Both the position numbers and the translations under genes were made by a program. A stretch of 64,000 nucleotides of DNA from positions 55,295 to 119,294 of the forward strand of contig CAVZNJ010000019.1 of the NCBI GenBank assembly GCA_963776615.1. Reading direction: 5' to 3'. The stretch's first letter is position 1. Every line of letters starts with the position of its first letter. Shown here in pieces: positions 53,007-64,000 of the stretch. The stretch comes from an uncultured Verrucomicrobiae bacterium (GTDB lineage Bacteria > Verrucomicrobiota > Verrucomicrobiia > Chthoniobacterales > UBA10450). The notes below the pieces were generated by a model. That model saw nothing but the letters and a program-made list of their open reading frames with translations, was not told the DNA's origin and did no database searches.

Positions 53007-54764
53007 ATGTTTTTGGTTCGTCTGCCGCTCCTCGCTCTCACCCTGTTCGCTTTTCGGTTGGGAAGCTCGTCGCTCCACGCTGCACCGGTTGTTTCCGCGC
53101 AAATCCCCGACCTGACCGTCTACGATTCCACGCCCGCGAATGAGATCGATCTCAACACCAAGTTTAGTGATCCGGATCTGCCTGCGAACACGGTTCGCTT
53201 GACGACCGATCTCGGGACCATCGATATCACTCTTTACGATCAGCGAACGCCAATCACGGTCGATAACTTTCTAAGCTATATCGATTCGGGAGCATACCTC
53301 CCGAACGACCCGAACTTCGGAACTCCGGCGCCGATATTCTTCCATCGCTCTGTCCCAGGTTTCGTCATCCAGAGCGGCGGTTATGTTTCGACCACAGACC
53401 CCTTCTCCCCTCCGAACATGCTCCCGGGACCGGTCACAACCTTCAGCCCAATCCCGAATGAAGCACGCCCCGATCTGCACAATGTGCGGGGCACGATCTC
53501 GATGGCGAAACTGTCGACCGACCCCAACAGCGCAACCAGCCAGTGGTTCATCAATCTGGCCGACAACAGCGGACCGCCAAGCAATCTCGACTCCACCAAC
53601 GGTGGCTTTACCGTTTTCGGAGTTGTCTCCGCAGCCGGCATGACGACGGCCGACGCGATCGCGGCTTTGCCGGTCTTCAATTTCAGCGCTATTTACGGCT
53701 CGGCTTTTACCAACCTGCCACTGCGCAACTATTCGTCGGGTTATCCGAGCGTGACAAACCTCGCGCGAGTCAACGGGATCACTCGCCCGATGATCTTCTC
53801 GGCTATGAGCGATCATCCGGCGATCGCGTCGGCCAGCGTGATCTCGAATGACCTTTTCGTGCAAGGCAAGAGCGTCGGCAGCGCAACCATCACCGTGACC
53901 GCGACCGACGCTGCCGGGGCGACAGCCTCGCAATCATTTCAAGTCACGGTCGAAAGCACGCCGGTGCATTTGGCCAACATCTCCACCCGGCTCCAGGTCG
54001 GCACGGGCGACGACGCCTTAATCGGCGGCTTTATCGTCGTCGGCACTACGCCCAAGCGGGTCATGATTCGTGCGCTCGGGCCGTCACTCGCCAATGCGAA
54101 TCCACCGGTTCCCGGCGCGCTGGCCGATCCGACGCTGGAACTGCACGATGGAACCGGCGCGTTGCTTTCTTCCAACGACAACTGGGATAACGCGCCAAAC
54201 AAACGCGACATTATCAACAGCACGCTCGCGCCGACCGATCCAGCCGAGTCGGCCATCCTGACGACGCTGCCGGCAACGAGCACCGGCTCGGCTTACACCG
54301 CGGTGATCTATGGCGTCAATGGGACGACCGGGAATGGCCTGGTGGAAGTCTACGATCTTGATAGCGGGCCAGGCTCGAGCGTTTTGAACATATCCACCCG
54401 TGGCAATGTGCAGACCGGCGACAATGTCATGATCGGCGGTTTCATCATCACGGGTAACGGATCGCAACGCGTTCTGGTGCGTGCGCTCGGTCCCTCCCTC
54501 GCCAACGCCGAGGTAAGTAATCCGTTGTCGGATCCGACGCTTACGCTTTACAACAGCCAGGGCACACAGATCGATTTCAACGACAACTGGCGCGACACCC
54601 AGGAAGCCGCGATCGAGGCCACCGGTATTCCGCCGAGCGACGACCGGGAATCGGCCGTTCTGGAAACGCTCTCACCCGGCGGATATACCGCGATCGTGCG
54701 CGGCGCGGGCACGGCGACTGGCACGGCCCTGGTTGAGGTTTACGCGCTCCCGCCTGCCATGTAA
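53007..54764 (+). CDS. secreted cyclophilin-type peptidyl-prolyl isomerase fused to an Ig-like domain and 2x 'NISTR' modules
   Basis: Signal peptide MFLVRLPLLALTLFAF..; ...FFHRSVPGFVIQSGGY...RGTISMAKL...NSATSQWFINL...FTVFGVV; then LANISTRLQVGTGDDALIGGFIV... and LNISTRGNVQTGDNVMIGGFII...YTAIVRGAGTATGTALVEVYAL. Confidence 0.85.
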   Translation: MFLVRLPLLALTLFAFRLGSSSLHAAPVVSAQIPDLTVYDSTPANEIDLNTKFSDPDLPANTVRLTTDLGTIDITLYDQRTPITVDNFLSYIDSGAYLPNDPNFGTPAPIFFHRSVPGFVIQSGGYVSTTDPFSPPNMLPGPVTTFSPIPNEARPDLHNVRGTISMAKLSTDPNSATSQWFINLADNSGPPSNLDSTNGGFTVFGVVSAAGMTTADAIAALPVFNFSAIYGSAFTNLPLRNYSSGYPSVTNLARVNGITRPMIFSAMSDHPAIASASVISNDLFVQGKSVGSATITVTATDAAGATASQSFQVTVESTPVHLANISTRLQVGTGDDALIGGFIVVGTTPKRVMIRALGPSLANANPPVPGALADPTLELHDGTGALLSSNDNWDNAPNKRDIINSTLAPTDPAESAILTTLPATSTGSAYTAVIYGVNGTTGNGLVEVYDLDSGPGSSVLNISTRGNVQTGDNVMIGGFIITGNGSQRVLVRALGPSLANAEVSNPLSDPTLTLYNSQGTQIDFNDNWRDTQEAAIEATGIPPSDDRESAVLETLSPGGYTAIVRGAGTATGTALVEVYALPPAM

Positions 54765-54832
54765 ACGCTTTGCTCCGGAGAAGCGCGGACTGGTTCTCGG
54801 AACAATACCGCCCGGAGAACAGAGAGCGACAT

Positions 54833-55606
54833 CTACTGCGAGTCGTCAGGCACGCCAGCCCGCACGATCTGGGCGAAGCTGCGCGGATCGAGACTCGCGC
54901 CGCCAACGAGCGCACCATCGATGTCCGCTTGCCAGAGCAAACGGCGCGCGTTGTCCGTTCTCACGCTACCGCCATACTGAATCCGGATTTTCTCCGCGGT
55001 CGCGTCATCCGACATCTCGCACAGCGTCTGACGAATAAAGGCGTGCGCTTCCTGCGCCTCTTCTGCGGTTGCGGTCTTGCCCGTGCCGATGGCCCAAACC
55101 GGTTCGTACGCGATCACCGTCTCGAGCAATTCCTTTGCCTCGACATTCGCGAGACTGCCCTTCAATTGCGACGAGAGAACCTTCTCGACCTCTCCTTTCT
55201 CGCGCTGCGCGAGCGTCTCTCCAATGCAGAGAATCGGCCGCAACACTTCCTCGTGCGCCGCCCGCACTTTTCGGTTCACGATTTCATCCGTCTCCCCAAA
55301 CATCGCCCGGCGCTCGCTGTGCCCGAGGACGACGTAACGGACGAAAAGTTCGCGCAACATGGCTGGACTGATCTCGCCCGTGAACGCGCCGCTGCGTTCC
55401 CAATGCATGTTCTGCGCGCCGACCTTGATGTTCTGGGTCTGGGTAAGCAGCTCGGAGACTTTCGGGATCGACGTGAAGGGCGGTACGATCACGATCTCGA
55501 CTTCATCGAGGTCGCCGATCTCCCGCAGAAAGGTGGTAATGAATGCTTCCGACTCGCTCTGAGTCATGTGCATTTTCCAATTCGCCGCGATGATTTTTTT
55601 GCGCAT
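54833..55606 (-). CDS. tpiA: triose-phosphate isomerase
   Basis: MRKKIIAANWKMH...VVLGHSERR...AYEPVWAIGTG...GGSV... Confidence 0.95.
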   Translation of the reverse strand: MRKKIIAANWKMHMTQSESEAFITTFLREIGDLDEVEIVIVPPFTSIPKVSELLTQTQNIKVGAQNMHWERSGAFTGEISPAMLRELFVRYVVLGHSERRAMFGETDEIVNRKVRAAHEEVLRPILCIGETLAQREKGEVEKVLSSQLKGSLANVEAKELLETVIAYEPVWAIGTGKTATAEEAQEAHAFIRQTLCEMSDDATAEKIRIQYGGSVRTDNARRLLWQADIDGALVGGASLDPRSFAQIVRAGVPDDSQ

Positions 55607-55611
55607 CAAAT

Positions 55612-56826
55612 TCAGCTCTTCTCCGTCAGTGCCGCAACGCCGGGCAACTCTTTGCCTTCGATCAGCTCGAGAGAGGCACCGCCGCCGGTCGAAATGAAAG
55701 TCATTTTGTCCGCCAGGCCAGACTGTTTGACCGCGGTCACAGAATCGCCGCCGCCGATGATGGTGGTCGCGCTGGACTCGGCCATCGCTTCCGCAATCGC
55801 CTCAGTGCCGGCGGAGAATTCACGAATCTCGAAAATGCCGGGCGGGCCGTTCCACAAGATGGTCTTGGCGCCTGCGATCTCGCTTTTGAAAAGCGCGATC
55901 GTGAGCGGGCCGATGTCGACCGCCTGCCATCCGTCCGGAATATTGTAGTCATGCGAAATGCGTCCGCTGTGTCGCGTCGCGGCGCCGGGCTTGATCTCTT
56001 CCGCGCCTAACAAATCGATCGGGAGGACTAACCTGACATGCTTCTGCTTCGCAAGCTCGATCAGCTCGCGTGCCAGCCCGAGCTTGTCGCGTTCGACCCG
56101 GCTGCTTCCCATGTGAATACCCTCGGATTCGAGGAAGGTGTTCGCCATCGCGCCACAGATCAGGATGGTGTCGGCTTTCTCCATCAGCGCCTTGATTACG
56201 CCGATTTTGTCCGAAACTTTCGAGCCGCCGAGTATGACCAGGAAAGGCTTGGCCGGATGCGCCAGTTCCTCGTGGAGATATTTGAGTTCCTTTTCCATCA
56301 GGAACCCCATGGCCGCCTGCCCGACGAACTTCGTGACGCCCGCGGTCGAGGCGTGCGCGCGATGGGCCGCGCCAAAGGCATCGTTCACGTAAAGGCCGTC
56401 GCTCAGTTTGGCGAGGGACTCGGCAAACTTGGGATTGTTCGCTTCTTCTTCCGCATGGAAACGAACGTTCTCCAAGAGTGTGAGGTCGCCCTCGTTCATT
56501 TCAGAAACGATTTTTTCCGCATCGGCACCGATGCAGTCGTGGCTGAACGCGACTGGATGATCGATCAGATCGTGCAACGCGACACCGACCGGACGAAGCG
56601 AATATTTCTCCAGCGGCTTTCCCTTGGGCCGACCGAAATGCGCCATTAGGATCGTCTTCGCGCCCTGTTCTCGGAGGTAATTGATCGTCGGCAGACTTTC
56701 GCGCATCCGGGTATCATCAGTGATGACGATCTCGCCGTCGCGTTCCTCCGTCGGGACATTGAAATCAACGCGCACCAGGACGCGTTTTCCGCGCACTTCG
56801 AGGTCGCGAATGCGGAGTTTAGCCAT
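55612..56826 (-). CDS. pgk: phosphoglycerate kinase
   Basis: MAKLRIRDLEVRGKRVLVRVDFNVP...ILMAHFGRPKG...GGGDS...STGGGASLE. Confidence 0.95.
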   Translation of the reverse strand: MAKLRIRDLEVRGKRVLVRVDFNVPTEERDGEIVITDDTRMRESLPTINYLREQGAKTILMAHFGRPKGKPLEKYSLRPVGVALHDLIDHPVAFSHDCIGADAEKIVSEMNEGDLTLLENVRFHAEEEANNPKFAESLAKLSDGLYVNDAFGAAHRAHASTAGVTKFVGQAAMGFLMEKELKYLHEELAHPAKPFLVILGGSKVSDKIGVIKALMEKADTILICGAMANTFLESEGIHMGSSRVERDKLGLARELIELAKQKHVRLVLPIDLLGAEEIKPGAATRHSGRISHDYNIPDGWQAVDIGPLTIALFKSEIAGAKTILWNGPPGIFEIREFSAGTEAIAEAMAESSATTIIGGGDSVTAVKQSGLADKMTFISTGGGASLELIEGKELPGVAALTEKS

Positions 56827-56987
56827 TAGTCGATCCTTGGTAGGAAACCGTTGTCAGCCCGAGCCGCAAAGACGGCGAGGGATCCCGCAAGCAACGTGCG
56901 AGGTCGCTCTCCGCTCGACAACCAAGGTTTGTTTGTGAGGTCCTTCGCGGCGCTCAGGATGACAGATGGGGGCCGCATCGCTTGCTC

Positions 56988-57983
<996 letters not shown>

Positions 57984-58109
57984 AAAGAAGTTCGAATAAG
58001 TTGGTTGAGAGTTGGTCGTGCCTGATTCGGCGCGGGCCTAATCATTAGAACGCTCCGAAAGCGGAGGCAAGTGAATGAACAAAACCGCCGCAGGCGGCTC
58101 GCCTAACGT

Positions 58110-59247
58110 TCAAGCCGGGGCCGGCCCCGTGATCTCGCGGAAGGTGGCAAAGAAGGCCTCCATCTCGGCTTTCTTGCCGATGGTGAGACGTATGTGATTC
58201 GGCATCGGCCGGAATAATCGGCCGACCTCGACTTTGTGCTGCTTGAGCGCCGCAATCAGCGGCACGACCGGACGTTTTGCGTCGAACATGATGAAATTTG
58301 CCTGGCATGGAATCGTCTTGTATCCCATTCGCTCGAGTTCGCTAACCGTGAATGCTCTGGTTTCCGCATTGAGCCGGCGGCCTTTGGGCACTAGGTCCGG
58401 GTCGTCGAGGCTCGCCGTCGCAGCGGCAATCCCCATGATATTGGTGCTGTCCCACGTCTGGCGTTCGCGCAGCCGCTCAATCGCATAATTTTGGGCCACG
58501 CAATAGCCGCAGCGCAGGCCCGCCATTCCGTATATTTTGGAAAAGGTGCGCGCGACGACGAGGTTGCGATGCTCCCCGACCAGCGGAATCACGCTCTCAT
58601 ACTCCGGACTGTCGGCGTAATGATAATACGCCTCGTCCACCAGAATCATGGTGTCGTTAGGCACGCGCTCGATAAACTCGCGCACTTCGTTTTTCGGAGT
58701 GATGCTGGCGGTGGGATTATTCGGATTGCAGACGTAAACCAGGCCGCCCTTCGCTGCGGCCAGCATCTTCGCCAGATCGTGACCAAAATCCGCCGTGAGT
58801 GGAACTTTCACGATCTCTGCGCCGTTGCGCTGCGCGTGGTAAAGGATGGCTTCGAAGGTCGGATCGGCGACCACGAGCACGCCGCCCTGGCCTTTGCTCA
58901 GCGGACCGGTGAAAGTGTCGGCGGCCAACTTGAGAATCTCGCCCGAGCCGTCGCCGAGCAGGATCTGATCGCGGCCCACGCGATTGAGTTTGGCGAGCGC
59001 TTCCACCAGCGCATCGGCGTGCTCGTCGGGATAACGACAAGCCAGAGGAAAGGCATCGCTCATCGCCTTGAGTGCCCGGGCCGAAGGGCCGTAGGGATTC
59101 TCGTTCGAACTCAGACGAACGATACCGGAGATGCGCGGCCGGGGATTTGCCCGCCGCGGTTTCGGCAAACGAAAACGCGGGCCGGGCGACTGCCGCCGCC
59201 GCGCCCGCGCCTAACAATTGGGCAAACTTACGTCGTGAGATGGTCAT
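58110..59247 (-). pseudogene. histidinol-phosphate-aminotransferase-like PLP enzyme with a twin-arginine signal peptide; frameshift near 59125-59145
   Basis: ATG 59247 gives MTISRRKFAQLLGAGAAAAVARPAFSFA (Tat motif SRRKF) in one frame. The enzyme body ...IVRLSSNENPYGPS...YPDEH...TFSKIYGMAGLRCGY... is in ORF 58110-59168. A GGGG run at 59141-59144 lies at the junction. Confidence 0.7.
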
Positions 59248-59281
59248 CGGCCGATGATCGCATGGCGTCGCTGTCCGCGCG

Positions 59282-59932
59282 CTACTTTTTGCGAGTGTAG
59301 TCGATCTGCATCGTCTTCGTTTCGCCCTGGCCGCGATCTTCGTCGTACTCCATGGAGTGGTGGTTCTTGTCGCCCACCTTGATCACCTGGCGGACCTTGC
59401 TCGTCATTCCCGGCATCATCTCGGCGGTCCCGGTGTAGGTCAGGCTTTGCGTCGCCGGATCGTAGCTCCCTTCCATCGTCATGACTCCGGTGCCCATGTT
59501 GTCGATCCAGGTCGAAACGAATTTCTGTTTCACGTTGTCGTAGGCGTCGATCGACATTCCTTTGAATTCCGTTTTCTTCATCTTGCCATCCGCCCCGGGC
59601 ATCTCCATTTGGCCGGTGACATCGCCAATGACATAGCGGCCAGCCATGATCGATTTATAGACCGTCGCGCCGCTCGACTCGCTCGGCGGAGCGTCGGGCG
59701 CCATCCAGAATTTCACCTTGTATTTCCAGGTGCCGACCATGTCGGCCAGAATCTTGTGATTATCCCCCGGTTTGGCCAATCCCATCATTTTGGCCATCAT
59801 CTCCTTTTCGTCCGGTTGGCTGGCCGCGGGCGAAGCAGCAGTGTTGGTCGTCTTCGGTTCCTCGGCGAAGATTGAAGCCGCAAGCAGAGTCGCTGCAAAA
59901 GCGACTGTGAGTGGTGCAAGTTTCGTGTTCAT
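59282..59932 (-). CDS. DUF1579-family secreted protein
   Basis: Signal peptide, ...LADMVGTWKYKVKFWMAP...GRYVIGDVTGQM...WIDNMGTGVMTMEGSYD... Confidence 0.7.
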   Translation of the reverse strand: MNTKLAPLTVAFAATLLAASIFAEEPKTTNTAASPAASQPDEKEMMAKMMGLAKPGDNHKILADMVGTWKYKVKFWMAPDAPPSESSGATVYKSIMAGRYVIGDVTGQMEMPGADGKMKKTEFKGMSIDAYDNVKQKFVSTWIDNMGTGVMTMEGSYDPATQSLTYTGTAEMMPGMTSKVRQVIKVGDKNHHSMEYDEDRGQGETKTMQIDYTRKK

Positions 59933-60033
59933 TCGGCGATTCTTCTCGGCAAGCCGCGGTCGGTCAAGCCCAACCAGTGCGGACTTGTCGGGGAGGGACT
60001 TGGCCTACCTCTCGCACAGTGACCGCACAATAA

Positions 60034-63794
<3,761 letters not shown>

Positions 63795-63798
<4 letters not shown>

Positions 63799-64000
63799 AC
63801 CTGACGACTACCTACCTCGGATTTAAGCTGCGAACGCCGCTCGTCCCTTCGGCTTCGCCGCTCACAGAACACCTCGACAATATCAAGCGCCTGGAGGACG
63901 CCGGCGCTTCGGCCATCGTGTTCCATTCCCTCTTTGAGGAGCAACTGCGTCATGATCGCCACGAATTGGATTTTCATCTCAACCAGGGCACCGAAAGTTT
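63795..64000 (+). CDS. dihydroorotate-dehydrogenase-like protein (partial, leaves window)
   Basis: [51 protein letters not shown]... The ATG overlaps the PFOR stop (ATGA at 63795-63798). Confidence 0.7.

Overview
GC-rich (about 60% by eye) bacterial chromosomal window with about 55 protein genes. I recognised no rRNA, tRNA or CRISPR array. Gene content (GloVer repeats, Vgb-like propellers, DUF1579, secreted cupredoxin and cyclophilin fusions) suggests a soil Verrucomicrobiota-like genome; this is inference only. Housekeeping blocks are rpmE-prfA-prmC-murA, accA, sucB-lpdA, a class A PBP, kdsD, efp, treY, argS, ptsN, gap-pgk-tpiA and a pyruvate:ferredoxin oxidoreductase. There are also envelope-modification genes (PAP2-GT39-GT2, GT4), an OmpR-type two-component pair and several secreted multidomain proteins. 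Main observations: (1) The non-palindromic word CGTTAGGC/GCCTAACG (consensus near (T/G)TCGTTAGGCGA) occurs at least 31 times exactly plus 10 near-exact copies. Copies lie in both orientations, inside unrelated conserved genes and in spacers, and several supply stop codons. This resembles a DNA-uptake-signal-like genomic word; I know of no such signal described for this kind of genome. (2) Many conserved genes are frame-disrupted, with about 20 indels concentrated in 22.7-28.3 kb (accA alone has about 7). Uneven consensus quality is the more likely cause than decay. (3) A ~125-aa C-terminal module recurs 5 times on three secreted proteins with different N-terminal domains. (4) A cupredoxin/cytochrome c cluster has an unusual conserved Cys-Cys in the copper loop. 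No defence, toxin or secondary-metabolite system was recognised.
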